64,000 nucleotides of DNA from Alphaproteobacteria bacterium (GCA_965216755.1 CBDCGL010000011.1:2720001-2784000), one strand, 5' to 3'. Numbered from the stretch's first letter, positions 1 through 10,609 are shown. Numbers and translations: made by a program. Notes: a model not told the origin generated them from the letters alone.

Positions 1-107
1 TCGGTGGCTTTGTCGCCGGTTTGGCCTTGATCGGCCTGTTCAAGCGTCGGGACATTCCGTTTTTCGGCGATGGCGGGCCACCGCGTGGCCGCGGCCCCTG
101 GGGATAA
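1..107 (+). CDS. 3' end of probable rhomboid-family intramembrane protease (partial)
   Basis: Frame from base 3 reads GGFVAGLALIGLFKRRDIPFFGDGGPPRGRGPWG*, like the (H)xGGFxAG last helix of rhomboids. TAA at 105-107. Confidence 0.6.
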   Translation, partial: GGFVAGLALIGLFKRRDIPFFGDGGPPRGRGPWG

Positions 108-176
108 CATCGCCGGGACGTGACGATTGCTGTGGCAGCGCCGGCATCGCTTTAAACCTAAATCGTCGTGGTCTGG

Positions 177-259
177 CTTGACCTGGCCACAAGTAAACAC
201 AATCGCCGGCGAAGGGTGCTACCCGCTGCGGTTTGTGTTTACTTGCCCACGGGTCGAGC
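177..259. repeat. Long imperfect inverted repeat between convergent genes
   Basis: CAAGTAAACACAA (190-202) is the perfect reverse complement of TTGTGTTTACTTG (233-245). Outer arms GCTTGACCTG / CGGGTCGAGC also pair, with G-U pairs. Confidence 0.7.
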
Positions 260-354
260 GCGTGGGCGACGAACGAGTTACATGTGATTTCGCCTCGACA
301 ACGGTGGGGTGCTGTGCTGCCCCATGGTTCGTGTGTATCGACCCGTGCGCGCCG

Positions 355-3300
355 TTAATGAAAATTCCGGGCGCGGACGGGAAGGTCGCGCGGATCGCGG
401 GGCTGTCGAGCGGCCTCGTCGGCGTGGGCGGGCGCGTTGTCCATGGTGCCTTTGGGACCGGCCAGTTTGCGCAATGTGTCGGTGAAATCTTCCAAATGTT
501 CCGCGACCACATGGATCACGGCGCCTTCGCGTTGCACCGTGCCCTGCACCGCCAGCAGCTTGGCCCCCAGCACCACACGCCGATAGCGTTCGAACGCATC
601 GGGCCACACGATAATGTTGGCAACCCCGGTTTCATCCTCCAGCGTGGCGAAAATCACGCCCTTGGCGGTGCCCGGCCGCTGGCGCACCAACACCAGACCA
701 GCCAACTTCACCCGCTTGCCGTCGGCCGTGCGCACCAGCCGCGCATTGGGGATGATGCCGCGATGCGCCAAATTGCGACGCAGCAAAGCCAATGGATGCT
801 GCTTCAGCGACAGGCGCAGCACGTTGTAATCCTCGACCACCTCCTCGCCGAGGCTCATGTCGGGCAACGCAACCGCGGGTTCGGTGCCGGCGACCGCGTC
901 GCCATGGCGAGCTTCGGCGGCGGCGAACAACGGCAAGGGTGGTTCGCCCAGGCCCTTGATCGCCCATAGGGCGCGACGTCGGGGCAAGCCGAGGGAACCG
1001 AACGCGTCCGCCTGGGCCAGCCGATCCAGTGCCGCCGCGCTCAACCCCGCCCGCCGCCACAATGCGCGCGGGCTTTCATAACCGGGGCCACGCGCCACCA
1101 TCAGACGCGTGGCGTCCTGCTCCTTGAAGCCTTTGATCTGACGCAAGCCGAGGCGCAGGGCGACGCCGCCGGCCGTGTCGTCCGGCTCCAGCGTACAATC
1201 CCAATCACTGCGATTGACATCGGGTGGACGCACGGTCACGCCGTGATCGCGGGCATCGCGCACGATCTGGGCCGGGGCGTAAAATCCCATTGGCTGGCTA
1301 TTGATCAGCGCCGCCGCGAAGGCGGCCGGATAATGGCATTTCAGCCATGATGACACATAGACCAGCAGAGCAAAACTGGCGGCGTGGCTTTCGGGAAAAC
1401 CATATTCACCGAAGCCTTCGATTTGATTGAAGCAGCGTTCGGCGAACTCACGGTCGTAGCCGCGCGCGACCATGCCCTCAACCAGCTTGACGCGAAAATT
1501 GTGGATCTCGCCGGTTTTGCGAAACGTTGCCATGGCCCGCCGCAACTGGTCGGCTTCCTCGGGCGTGAAACCGGCGGCGACCACGGCGATACGCATCGCC
1601 TGTTCCTGAAACAGCGGCACGCCCAAGGTCTTGCCCAAAACCTCGCGCAGCTCTTCGGACGGAAAGGTCATTTTCTCCTGCCCCGACCGACGGCGCAGAT
1701 AAGGATGCACCATGTCGCCCTGGATCGGCCCCGGACGCACGATCGCCACCTCGATCACCAGGTCATAAAAACTGCGCGGCTTGAGTCGCGGTAGCATGCT
1801 CATTTGTGCGCGGCTTTCGACCTGAAACACACCGATCGAATCGGCCCGGCACAACATGTCATAGACCACCGGATCTTCCGGCGGCACCGTCGCCAAGTTC
1901 AACGGTCTGTCGTGATGCTGGGCCAAAAACGTGAATGCCTTGCGCACACAGGTCAGCATGCCGAGCCCCAACACGTCCATCTTGAGCATGCCAAGCGTGT
2001 CGATATCGTCTTTGTCCCATTCGATCACCGTGCGGTCTTCCATGGCCGCGTTCTCGATCGGCACCATTTCCGACAGTCGCCCTCGGGTGATGACGAATCC
2101 GCCGGTATGCTGCGATAAATGACGGGGAAAGCCGATCAGATCTTGGCTTAACGACAAAGCCATCCCCAAACGGCGATCGCTGGGATCCAATCCGACTTCG
2201 CGTACGTGATCCGGGTTGACGCCATCGCTGCTCCACCCCCACACGGTGCGCGCCAGGGCGCCGACCGTGTCCAGCGACAACCCGAGCGCCTTACCGACCT
2301 CGCGTACCGCGCTGCGCGCCCGATAGGAAATCACCGTCGCGGTCAGGCCGACCCGATCGCGGCCATATTTTTTGTAGATATACTGGATCACCTCTTCGCG
2401 CCGCTCATGTTCGAAATCAACATCGATGTCGGGCGGCTCGTTGCGCGCCGCGCTGATGAAGCGTTCGAACAGCACGTCGTTGCGGCTGGGGTCGACCGCG
2501 GTGATGCCGAGGCAATAGCACACCGCCGAATTGGCCGCCGAACCGCGACCCTGGCACAAAATACCTTGGCTGTTGGCGAAACGAACAATGTCGTAAACGG
2601 TGAGGAAATAGGGCGCGTAGGACAGTTCATCGATCAAACGCAATTCATGATCGATTTGGCCGCGCACTTTGTCGGGCACGCCGTCCGGATAGCGCGCCGT
2701 TGCGCCGTCGGCCACCAAGTCGACCAGGTAGGCTTGCGGCAAGCGGCCGGCAGGGGCCAGTTCGTCGGGATATTCATAGGCCAAACTGTCGAGCGAAAAA
2801 GTGCATGATTCGGCGATTTGAACACTGCGCCGCAACGCTTCTGGATAGGTCGCAAACAGCCGTGCCATTTCGTCGGCGGCTTTAAGGTGCCGTTCGGCAT
2901 TCATCGCCAGCCGCAGGCCGGCCTGATCGATGGTGCAATGTTCCCGAATGCAGGTCAGCACGTCTTGCAAAACGCGCCGATCGGGCCGGTGATAATGTAC
3001 GTCGTTAGTCGCCACCAAAGGCGTGCCGGCGTTGTCTGCAAGCGCGGCGAGGCGTGCGATGCGGGCGGCATCATCGCCCTGATAACGGTGGCTGGCGGCC
3101 AAAAAGCACGGCCCCGGCAGCCGTTTGTTAAACGCCTTCAGCCAGGTCGCAAAGGCGGCATCGGGCCGATCCGGCGGCAGCACGATCAACATATGCCCGT
3201 CATGCTCGTCATGCAGGTCGTTATGGTTGAGCAGACATTGGCCCTTTTCCGCCCGCCGTTTGCCGCGGGTCAGCAGGCGCGACAAACGGCCATAGGCGGC

Positions 3301-3558
3301 CTTGTCGGTTGGCAAGCACAGCACACTCGGCCCCTCGGTGAAATCGAGCCGTGCGCCGACCACCAATTTGATGCCGACTTGCTTGGCCGCCGCGTGGGCC
3401 CGCACCACACCCGCCAAGGAATTGCGATCGGTGAGGGCGATGGCGTGATGACCCAGCGCCGCGGCGGTCACCACCAATTCTTGTGGATGCGCCGCCCCGC
3501 GCAGAAAGGTGAAATTGCTGGTGACCTGCAATTCCGCATAGGCAGCAACGGGCGTCAT
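355..3558 (-). CDS. dnaE2: Error-prone DNA polymerase (DnaE2/ImuC)
   Basis: PHP N-terminus YAELQVTSNFTFLRGA, GRGSAANS, PPDIDVDFEH, GFPESHAASF and C-terminal RNFH. Start taken as ATG 3558 (MTPVAAYAEL). Confidence 0.97.
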   Translation of the reverse strand: MTPVAAYAELQVTSNFTFLRGAAHPQELVVTAAALGHHAIALTDRNSLAGVVRAHAAAKQVGIKLVVGARLDFTEGPSVLCLPTDKAAYGRLSRLLTRGKRRAEKGQCLLNHNDLHDEHDGHMLIVLPPDRPDAAFATWLKAFNKRLPGPCFLAASHRYQGDDAARIARLAALADNAGTPLVATNDVHYHRPDRRVLQDVLTCIREHCTIDQAGLRLAMNAERHLKAADEMARLFATYPEALRRSVQIAESCTFSLDSLAYEYPDELAPAGRLPQAYLVDLVADGATARYPDGVPDKVRGQIDHELRLIDELSYAPYFLTVYDIVRFANSQGILCQGRGSAANSAVCYCLGITAVDPSRNDVLFERFISAARNEPPDIDVDFEHERREEVIQYIYKKYGRDRVGLTATVISYRARSAVREVGKALGLSLDTVGALARTVWGWSSDGVNPDHVREVGLDPSDRRLGMALSLSQDLIGFPRHLSQHTGGFVITRGRLSEMVPIENAAMEDRTVIEWDKDDIDTLGMLKMDVLGLGMLTCVRKAFTFLAQHHDRPLNLATVPPEDPVVYDMLCRADSIGVFQVESRAQMSMLPRLKPRSFYDLVIEVAIVRPGPIQGDMVHPYLRRRSGQEKMTFPSEELREVLGKTLGVPLFQEQAMRIAVVAAGFTPEEADQLRRAMATFRKTGEIHNFRVKLVEGMVARGYDREFAERCFNQIEGFGEYGFPESHAASFALLVYVSSWLKCHYPAAFAAALINSQPMGFYAPAQIVRDARDHGVTVRPPDVNRSDWDCTLEPDDTAGGVALRLGLRQIKGFKEQDATRLMVARGPGYESPRALWRRAGLSAAALDRLAQADAFGSLGLPRRRALWAIKGLGEPPLPLFAAAEARHGDAVAGTEPAVALPDMSLGEEVVEDYNVLRLSLKQHPLALLRRNLAHRGIIPNARLVRTADGKRVKLAGLVLVRQRPGTAKGVIFATLEDETGVANIIVWPDAFERYRRVVLGAKLLAVQGTVQREGAVIHVVAEHLEDFTDTLRKLAGPKGTMDNAPAHADEAARQPRDPRDLPVRARNFH

Positions 3559-3628
3559 AACGGGCAACGCTCCGAAGCACAGGCAACCATCGGATTGACG
3601 ACTTGATATCGGCATTGCCACAACCGAG

Positions 3629-5152
3629 TCACGCAAACAATCCGTGCAGAAACCAGCGTGGCGGCAGGTCGGGGGCGTCGCGATAAAGGCCCTCGCGAAA
3701 CAGCCAAAACCGCGCGCCGGTGTCGTCTTCCACCCGGTAATAATCGCGCGCCGGCGCATCTTCGTGCCACCATTCGCCGCTGATTCGTTCTGGCCCCGCG
3801 GCGCGCACCACCCGATGCACCCGGCCACGCCAGCGAAACAACAGCGGTGGATTGTCGGGTACCATGGCCATCGCCTCCACCGGCACCGGCGGGTTGAGCA
3901 GACGTACCGGCCGCGGCGGCCTGTGCGGCCAATCCGGTACCGGTTCGGTGGCAGGATCGTTGGCGAGCGGCGGCACGGTGGCCACCGCGCGTTCCGGCAC
4001 ATGGCTTTCGCGTGGCACGAAGCGGGCGATATTGTCGGGCCCCAAACGATTGGCAAGTCGGTCGACCAAGACCGCCAAATCACCGCCACCACCGTCGCCC
4101 CGGCCTGCGCCAGCCAGATCACTTTGCGCCGGGCTGACCGCGTCGGTGGCGGTGGCGGCGAGCATCATCACCTCAATGCCCTCGCCGACGTCCAAGCCGT
4201 CGAAGTGGTCGGCGAACAACCGCGCCAAATGCGCGCCATCGCGGGCCGGCCGACTGGTGCCGACCGCAATTGACAAACGCCGGCCATCAAGGCGAAACAG
4301 GCTCAGTTCCAAATGGCGCGCGCCGCGTGCCGCCCGATCCAGCTGGCAGCACAAATCGTCGAGCAAATCACGCAACACCTGGGCAATCGATAGGGTTTCA
4401 ACGATCGGCTCGACAAACGCGCGGCGTGCGTTGTAGGCGGTGACCGGCCGGCGCGGCGACAGTGGCTCACCAACCCGGCCCAGGGCCTGATCCACCCGCT
4501 CGATGACCACAGCGCCAAAGCGCCGCGCCACCGGTGCCCGCGGCGTGCCGATCAAATCACCGATGTGATACAGCCCGACCCGTTCCAAGGCGGCGACGGT
4601 GGCCGCGTCCAGGCGCAAGCCGGCAACGCTGAGCGGCGCCAGCACCGGCCGTACGGCCCCGGGAGCCACGATACCGCCCTGGCCGAAGCGGGCCACCGCC
4701 CAGGCGGCACCGGCGGTATCCGCCAAGGCCGCCCGGACCTGTATGCCGCGCCGGGCGATACCGTCCTTCAGCCGCGCCAGCAAAGCGGTTTCGCCGCCGA
4801 ACAAATGGGCGCATCCGGTGATGTCCAGCCATACCCCGTCATGGCCGTCGACCGCCACCCAGGGCGTGAATCTGAGCGCCCAATCTGCCAAACGCGCCAG
4901 CGCCCGCGCCGCCACGCGCGGCATCGCCGAACGCACATCCAGATCGGGGATCAACGCGCGCGCATCGCTCACGCTCATGCCGGGAGTCAAGCCCGCCGCC
5001 CGCGCCACCGGGCACACGGCCATCAGCCGCGTGGCACCGGCGACCTCCGTACTCAGCACCAGCGGTTTAGCCGGCGATTCGGCATGCCCCTGCTTGCGCG
5101 CCATTAGATCGGTCTGCCAATGGGGCAGCCAAAGCGAAACAATGCGTTTCAT
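3629..5152 (-). CDS. imuB: ImuB, inactive Y-family polymerase-like protein
   Basis: MKRIVSLWLP start, FTPWVAVDG..LDITGCAHLFGGE, C-terminal GPERISGEWW..RDYYRVED..WFLHGLFA. Lies between imuA and dnaE2. Confidence 0.95.
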   Translation of the reverse strand: MKRIVSLWLPHWQTDLMARKQGHAESPAKPLVLSTEVAGATRLMAVCPVARAAGLTPGMSVSDARALIPDLDVRSAMPRVAARALARLADWALRFTPWVAVDGHDGVWLDITGCAHLFGGETALLARLKDGIARRGIQVRAALADTAGAAWAVARFGQGGIVAPGAVRPVLAPLSVAGLRLDAATVAALERVGLYHIGDLIGTPRAPVARRFGAVVIERVDQALGRVGEPLSPRRPVTAYNARRAFVEPIVETLSIAQVLRDLLDDLCCQLDRAARGARHLELSLFRLDGRRLSIAVGTSRPARDGAHLARLFADHFDGLDVGEGIEVMMLAATATDAVSPAQSDLAGAGRGDGGGGDLAVLVDRLANRLGPDNIARFVPRESHVPERAVATVPPLANDPATEPVPDWPHRPPRPVRLLNPPVPVEAMAMVPDNPPLLFRWRGRVHRVVRAAGPERISGEWWHEDAPARDYYRVEDDTGARFWLFREGLYRDAPDLPPRWFLHGLFA

Positions 5153-5906
5153 AGCACCAATCCACTTGCCAGGACTGTGCTCCCGCCGTGCCCCGGCAAC
5201 GGACCCGTTCGACTTGCCAACGCGGCCAGCCGAGACCATCCTGTCCGTCGCGCCCCGCGGCCGGTCGCGGCGCCACCCGCCAACGGGTCAACGCGACACT
5301 GCTGCCCACGCCGCGCCCACTGTCGCAATGACCGTGTAGCAACAGGCACGGCGTGCCAGAGGCCTGGGCCGCCAACTGCAAGCGGCGCCCGGCGGTGAGG
5401 TCAAGCGCACCGACCTCGCCCAACACCGCGCCCAAGCGGCCGGCACGCAGGCTTTCCTCCAGCACCCACAAGGCCTGCTCGGGGTGGCCGGCGCGCACCA
5501 TGATCACCCGCGCCGGGTCAAGCCCAAACGCGTGCAAGCCGGGTGCATAAAGATCCGCCCGCGTAAGACACCACAATGCCGGGCCATGCCCGGCGATCAG
5601 CCGCGCCATCAGCGCCGCCGCGAAGCCGCTGGCCGCCGCGACCGCCGCGGGTGTCGCCGTCGCACTTTCCACCTCGTGCACGCCGCCACGGGGCAAGCCA
5701 CCCCACGGCAACGTTTCATCCAACACCGCGAAACCCAGCGGCGTGGCGGCAATGGCAGCAACCTCGCTGCCCATTTCAAGGGCGTGGATACGCGCCCGCA
5801 AATGGGCAAGCAAAGCCGGATCGGATCGGCGTGTTATGGCCGAACGACGGATCGCCGAATGTGCCGAATGTAACGGCGACGTGTGTAAGATGGCATGACT
5901 CGGCAT
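5067..5906 (-). CDS. imuA: ImuA, RecA-like mutasome protein
   Basis: LDETLPWGGLPRGGVHE, LYAPGL..FGLDP and RRLQLAA motifs. First gene of the imuABC cassette. Confidence 0.92.
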   Translation of the reverse strand: MPSHAILHTSPLHSAHSAIRRSAITRRSDPALLAHLRARIHALEMGSEVAAIAATPLGFAVLDETLPWGGLPRGGVHEVESATATPAAVAAASGFAAALMARLIAGHGPALWCLTRADLYAPGLHAFGLDPARVIMVRAGHPEQALWVLEESLRAGRLGAVLGEVGALDLTAGRRLQLAAQASGTPCLLLHGHCDSGRGVGSSVALTRWRVAPRPAAGRDGQDGLGWPRWQVERVRCRGTAGAQSWQVDWCYETHCFALAAPLADRSNGAQAGACRIAG

Positions 5907-5944
5907 GCCGGATCTCCTGAGCCTTTGGGAACATTTTCATTATT

Positions 5945-5959
5945 GTTCTTGTTTTGTTC
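5945..5959. promoter_or_regulatory. Alphaproteobacterial LexA (SOS) box
   Basis: GTTC-TTGTTTT-GTTC matches GTTC-N7-GTTC, about 40 bp upstream of imuA. Confidence 0.9.
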
Positions 5960-6126
5960 TATTCCAACTCAACCTCGAAGTCAACCATTCCCACCTATAC
6001 CAAAGGCCCGCGCGACCACCACCCGCGGGCGATCAACAGGGCGGTCAGCACAGATGTCGCCTTGACGCGGTTTGCGCCTATGCGCCACATTTTGGACACC
6101 GTGGATGAGCACAGGAAGGTTTAACG

Positions 6127-7122
6127 ATGGCTGCAAGCGTCAACACAGCGACAGACGCGGCCCGGACGGGCATGTTTCGCTATATGACCGCGTCTGTGGA
6201 ACACTCATTGCTTCGCAACGGCAAGGTGCTCACCCGCCGCGACCATGACGGCAGCGACGACGTCTATGAGGGTGTCGATTTGGAAACACGGCAAATGCCC
6301 GTGCACGACGCCCGCAATCTGGAAGGAACCGCGCGCCGTACCCTCACCGTCAATGGCTTTGAGGTATGCGATAGCGTCCTAGCGCGGCCAGACTTGAACT
6401 TCTTCGATCACGAACAGGTCGTGCACCATTACTACCCGCAATGTGCCGAGATCATTCGCGCGGCGAGCGGCGCCCGATTCGTCGCCGCGTTCGACCACAA
6501 TGTGCGTTCGGCGGCCGGCAAACAGAGTAAGCGCCGTATCGAAGGCGGCCAGCAGGTGCAAGGGCCGGCGCACGTTGTCCACGGCGACTACACCCTGACT
6601 AGTGCCCCCCAACGGCTGCGCGACCTGACCAAACCGCCGACAGCGAACGACACCTTGCGGACCTTGTTAGGCGATGGTGAGTCCGTCCTCGACGCCGACG
6701 AGGTCGATCGCGCACTCACGAACGGCCGCTTCGCGATCATCAATGTCTGGCGCAATATCACGGACACACCCGTCGCGACCCATCCGCTTGCCCTGTGTGA
6801 CGCAGCCAGCGTGCGCCCCGAGCATTTGGTGGTGTTCGAAATCCACTATCACGACCGCATTGGCGAAAACTATTTCGCGAAGCACGCGGACGATCATCAA
6901 TGGTATTTCTATCCGGCCCTGACCCGCGATGAAGCCCTGCTGATCAAACAATGGGATTCGGCGGGTGAATTGGCACGTTCAAACGGCGCCCATGCCGATT
7001 CGGCACGGCCTGACTTGCCTTGCACCTTCAGTTTCCACAGTGCTTTCGATGACCCGGCGACACCACCGGACGCACCGGAACGATGGAGCATCGAAGTGCG
7101 TTGCGCGGTGCTCTACGACTGA
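6127..7122 (+). CDS. CmcJ/NvfI/AsaB-family Fe(II)/2OG-type oxidoreductase
   Basis: FDHNVR, VHGDYT (HxD), INVWRNI..PLALCDA, FHSAF, RWSIEVR. Confidence 0.85.
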   Translation: MAASVNTATDAARTGMFRYMTASVEHSLLRNGKVLTRRDHDGSDDVYEGVDLETRQMPVHDARNLEGTARRTLTVNGFEVCDSVLARPDLNFFDHEQVVHHYYPQCAEIIRAASGARFVAAFDHNVRSAAGKQSKRRIEGGQQVQGPAHVVHGDYTLTSAPQRLRDLTKPPTANDTLRTLLGDGESVLDADEVDRALTNGRFAIINVWRNITDTPVATHPLALCDAASVRPEHLVVFEIHYHDRIGENYFAKHADDHQWYFYPALTRDEALLIKQWDSAGELARSNGAHADSARPDLPCTFSFHSAFDDPATPPDAPERWSIEVRCAVLYD

Positions 7123-7363
7123 ACCCAAGCCGCCGCCTTCTAACGGCGGGTAACGCCAATCCAATCGTTCGGTGACGGCCGCGGGTAGACCGCTCATATT
7201 CGTGCGACACCACGGCACTGGCGGCATTCCAAGATGTGCGAACAGCGGCCGCCTGGCGGCTGGCGTCGTTTGCCATCTTCAGCCGCGATACCGATAATGG
7301 AAGGTGACAAAATGGCATTTTGGCGGTCAACCGGACGGGCCGTCCAGCCGAAGGAAATGTGGG

Positions 7364-8542
7364 ATGAACGATCAAGCGACGATACCGGCAGAAACCAGGC
7401 CGACCCGCGCGCAACACGCCGCCGGCATGGCCACGTATCATCAAGAGGGGTTGAGGCTGGCGCGTGAGATCGGCAATCGCGGGCCGGTGCGTTTCGACGC
7501 GAACGGCCGGCTTCACCCCGATATCGTGGCGGCGTATTGGCGACATGGTTTCTATGTTTTCGAAGGGGTCATTGACGCCGACGAAATCGGCGCCCTGCGC
7601 CGCGATGTCGGTACAATGCTGGAACGCGCGCCTGTGACACCCGATGCCACGGTCGATGCCCAGGGGCGGCCGGCGCTGGGGCTCGACTACGCCCGCACGC
7701 CCTATACATTCGTCAAGCCATTGAGCGACCCCTGGGGCGGCACGGATGTGTTGAGTGGCCGCCATCCGAGCAAAATGGCCGAGCCCGCCCCGGATACCGA
7801 TGCGCCTGAGGCCGTGGTCTTTTTGATGTATGGCATGTGCCAAGCCATGCCGGCCGGCCTGCGTCTCTATGGCCATCCCCACCTGTTGTCGATCGCCGAA
7901 GCAATCAATGGCGAAGATTTCGTCCCCTACAATGACGCAATATTCGTCAAGCAACCGGGGCTCGGTGGGTCGGTGGCCTGGCATCAAGACGGCGTCACCC
8001 ATTGGGACTCGCCCGATTGGGATGAAGGCATCCATGGATTCAATTTCCAGGTCCAGCTTTATCCGACGACACCCGGTAATTGTCTGTGGGTGGTGCCCGG
8101 CACACACAAATTGGGTCGCGTCGATATCAAACAGTGGGTGGCCGACAATGGCGGCGACGAAAGATTGCCCGGCGCCGTGCCGTTGACCTGCGCGCCCGGC
8201 GACGTGACGATGGTCAATCGCCAAATGGTCCATGGTTCGTTTGCCAATACCTCGCCGGACCTGCGCGTGTCGATTACCGTTGGCTTCCATCGGCGGAAAT
8301 CGGTTATCGGTGCCAAAGCCGTGCTTGGTGTCGAAGAAGATGGCGTGACCTATGATGAGCAACGCATCTTTGACCGCTCTGCCGTGATCGCGGTGGCGAT
8401 CGATGCCCGCCGGCAACAGCGCCCCGACGAAACACCGTTTCACTACAAACCATTCGCCGGACGCGAAGACGCGTTTCGTTTCAATGACGCGACATTCGAA
8501 CGCGTGATTCGCGACTACAACATCAAAGATCTGGCAATTTGA
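7364..8542 (+). CDS. Phytanoyl-CoA dioxygenase (PhyH) family protein
   Basis: FVKQPG..VAWHQDG, CLWVVPGTHK, MVHGSFANTS..R. Start taken as ATG 7364. Confidence 0.88.
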   Translation: MNDQATIPAETRPTRAQHAAGMATYHQEGLRLAREIGNRGPVRFDANGRLHPDIVAAYWRHGFYVFEGVIDADEIGALRRDVGTMLERAPVTPDATVDAQGRPALGLDYARTPYTFVKPLSDPWGGTDVLSGRHPSKMAEPAPDTDAPEAVVFLMYGMCQAMPAGLRLYGHPHLLSIAEAINGEDFVPYNDAIFVKQPGLGGSVAWHQDGVTHWDSPDWDEGIHGFNFQVQLYPTTPGNCLWVVPGTHKLGRVDIKQWVADNGGDERLPGAVPLTCAPGDVTMVNRQMVHGSFANTSPDLRVSITVGFHRRKSVIGAKAVLGVEEDGVTYDEQRIFDRSAVIAVAIDARRQQRPDETPFHYKPFAGREDAFRFNDATFERVIRDYNIKDLAI

Positions 8543-8587
8543 CGAAGCCGGAGCGGTGCCGCAGGGTCGCGCCCCGGCACGTCAGCG

Positions 8588-10609
8588 TCATCTCGATCGC
8601 GGCCGGGCCTCGACCGCTCTCAGAATATCCGCCGATGCGATCCGGTTGACCTCAGCGAGATCGGCGTCGGCCTTTGCCGCGTCACCGAGCGCGGCGTGCG
8701 CACGACCTCGCAAAGCGAGTGCTTCGGCGCGGTAATAGGTGCCAAACAAACCCGTTTCGATCGGTCCATCCAGCAGTTGCAGCACGTGGTTGTGGTCGAG
8801 CAGCTCGGACGCGGCGCGCGCCATGCGAATGACCAACGCGGCGTCGCTTTCCGGCGCCAGCGTCACGGCAACTTTGCGATAGGGCGTTTGATGGCCTGGA
8901 TTGGCCACCAAAAAGGCCACCCGGTCGCGAGGTCGCAGCGGCCCGAGAATGGCCTCGAGCGTGTCCAGCGAATAGATGGGCCGACCGTCGGCATCCAGGA
9001 TCGTGTCACCAGGTCTGAGCCCGGCCGCCTCGGCAGGGCCCAAAGGCGCGACGGAATGGATCTGCAGCCGATTGCCATATTCCGGGCTGCCGACGCGGTC
9101 GAAATAGACGGCACGCAGATGCGCACCCATCCAGGGTATGCGCGGCGTGGCGGGAATTGTCGGTGCGGTGGCAGCGACAGGCGGCGGGTCGTCGAGCGCC
9201 GCAAGTCGGGCCGGATCGGCCTGTTCAACCAAGGACTGATGAATGAACCCGACACCCCCGCCATGCGCGATCCGGTACCATGCGGCGTTTTTCATCCGAC
9301 CGGTTACCGAAACCCTGGCGCCCTTGCCCACAGATCCGATCCGCGCCGATGACGTGGTCGGCGCCTCGCGGATATTGGCGGCGGTCAACACCACAAAGCG
9401 CCCCGCCATCTCCTCGACCTCGCCGAGCGTGCGCTGCTGGGTTGCAGACGCGGCGGACGCGACGGTGAGCGTTTCGTCGGGCGCCGTTTTCACCCGCGCG
9501 ATCTCGACGAACGCGCCATCGGGAAAGGCCTTCAAATAAGCGGCAAATAACGCGGGATCGTCGCTGTCCTTGATGCTGTCCCAAAACAGGGCATCAGGGT
9601 CCAAATCGGCACGCCGCGAGCCCCCCGCCCCCTCGGCCCGCCGGCGCGCGACCGCGGCGAATGTGCCGTCTGGAAACTGGCGCAAATACTCCTCGTACAG
9701 CGCAGGGTCGTCCGAGTCCTTGATCGTTTCCCAGAACAGGACATCCACAGACGGCCCGGCACCGTCGGAGACAACTTCGACCGTGATATGCGCATCGCCG
9801 AGAAAATAGAAATCGCCGGTCATCGACGAGGATTCCCACGGCACCTGAACGCCGTCGGTGAGTTCTTGAACTTTGACGCGCACCCGCTTGAACACATCAC
9901 CGATTTCCAGGCCCGGAACCGACACCGTTTCAGCAAGCGTCCCCGTGTAAAAGCTGTTCGGCCCATCGCCGTCCAGGGCCACGTGGCCGGGCGCGGTCGC
10001 ATAAGCAATCAGGGTCCCGGACGGCGCGTCGATCGACGCCAGACCGCGCGACAATCCGCGGAAACTCCTGGCATAGGGGTTGTTGCGGCAGGCGTCGAGG
10101 ATAACGATGTTCAGCGGGTTGCCGGCACTGTCCATGCGCGCCAAAAGATAGTCCACATCAACCGCTTCGACCCGCACTTCCTCTTCCGCCTCGATCTGGG
10201 CACCGATTGGAATCATGTAGTTGCGGCCGTCGACCTGAACGCCGTGACCGGCGTAGTAGAACAACCCGACGCCGCCATCCTCTCGCAATCGCTTGCCGAA
10301 CTCGACCACCCCGCGTCGCATTTCGGTTTGGCTCGCATCTTCCAGGGCGATGACATCAAAGCCGACAGCCTCCAAGGCGGCGGCCATGGCACGCGAATCG
10401 TTGACGGGATTAAGCAGCGGCGCGAACGCGTAGCTGGCGTTGCCCATCACCAGCGCCAAACGCGACTCGGCGCGGGCCGGACCATGCACGAACGCGATAA
10501 CGCATAAAGCGGCACAAAGCGACCAGGCCTGCGCAAAAAAGACACGTCGATGCACGTGGCGCGTGGCGGCTCTGGCAAGCAGCCGAAATGTGGCGGATCG
10601 CTGGTTCAC
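8588..10609 (-). CDS. Exported caspase-like (peptidase C14) protein with helical repeats, SH3b, PDZ and TPR-like domains
   Basis: RLALVMGNASY, FYYAGHG (His) and ILDACRNNP (Cys). Two WxxIKDSDDP..Y...FPDG repeats, ANIREAP..W SH3b, GPAEAAGLRPGDTI PDZ. Confidence 0.88.
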   Translation of the reverse strand: MNQRSATFRLLARAATRHVHRRVFFAQAWSLCAALCVIAFVHGPARAESRLALVMGNASYAFAPLLNPVNDSRAMAAALEAVGFDVIALEDASQTEMRRGVVEFGKRLREDGGVGLFYYAGHGVQVDGRNYMIPIGAQIEAEEEVRVEAVDVDYLLARMDSAGNPLNIVILDACRNNPYARSFRGLSRGLASIDAPSGTLIAYATAPGHVALDGDGPNSFYTGTLAETVSVPGLEIGDVFKRVRVKVQELTDGVQVPWESSSMTGDFYFLGDAHITVEVVSDGAGPSVDVLFWETIKDSDDPALYEEYLRQFPDGTFAAVARRRAEGAGGSRRADLDPDALFWDSIKDSDDPALFAAYLKAFPDGAFVEIARVKTAPDETLTVASAASATQQRTLGEVEEMAGRFVVLTAANIREAPTTSSARIGSVGKGARVSVTGRMKNAAWYRIAHGGGVGFIHQSLVEQADPARLAALDDPPPVAATAPTIPATPRIPWMGAHLRAVYFDRVGSPEYGNRLQIHSVAPLGPAEAAGLRPGDTILDADGRPIYSLDTLEAILGPLRPRDRVAFLVANPGHQTPYRKVAVTLAPESDAALVIRMARAASELLDHNHVLQLLDGPIETGLFGTYYRAEALALRGRAHAALGDAAKADADLAEVNRIASADILRAVEARPRSR

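Noticed and set aside
3559-4122. N-terminal extension making DnaE2 1255 aa (apparent ImuB-DnaE2 overlap or fusion)
   Set aside because: The extension is an off-frame reading of imuB. The PHP domain starts at MTPVAAYAEL (3558).
7028-8443. 471-aa minus-strand ORF
   Set aside because: Antisense shadow of the PhyH gene, typical of high-GC DNA, with no motifs.
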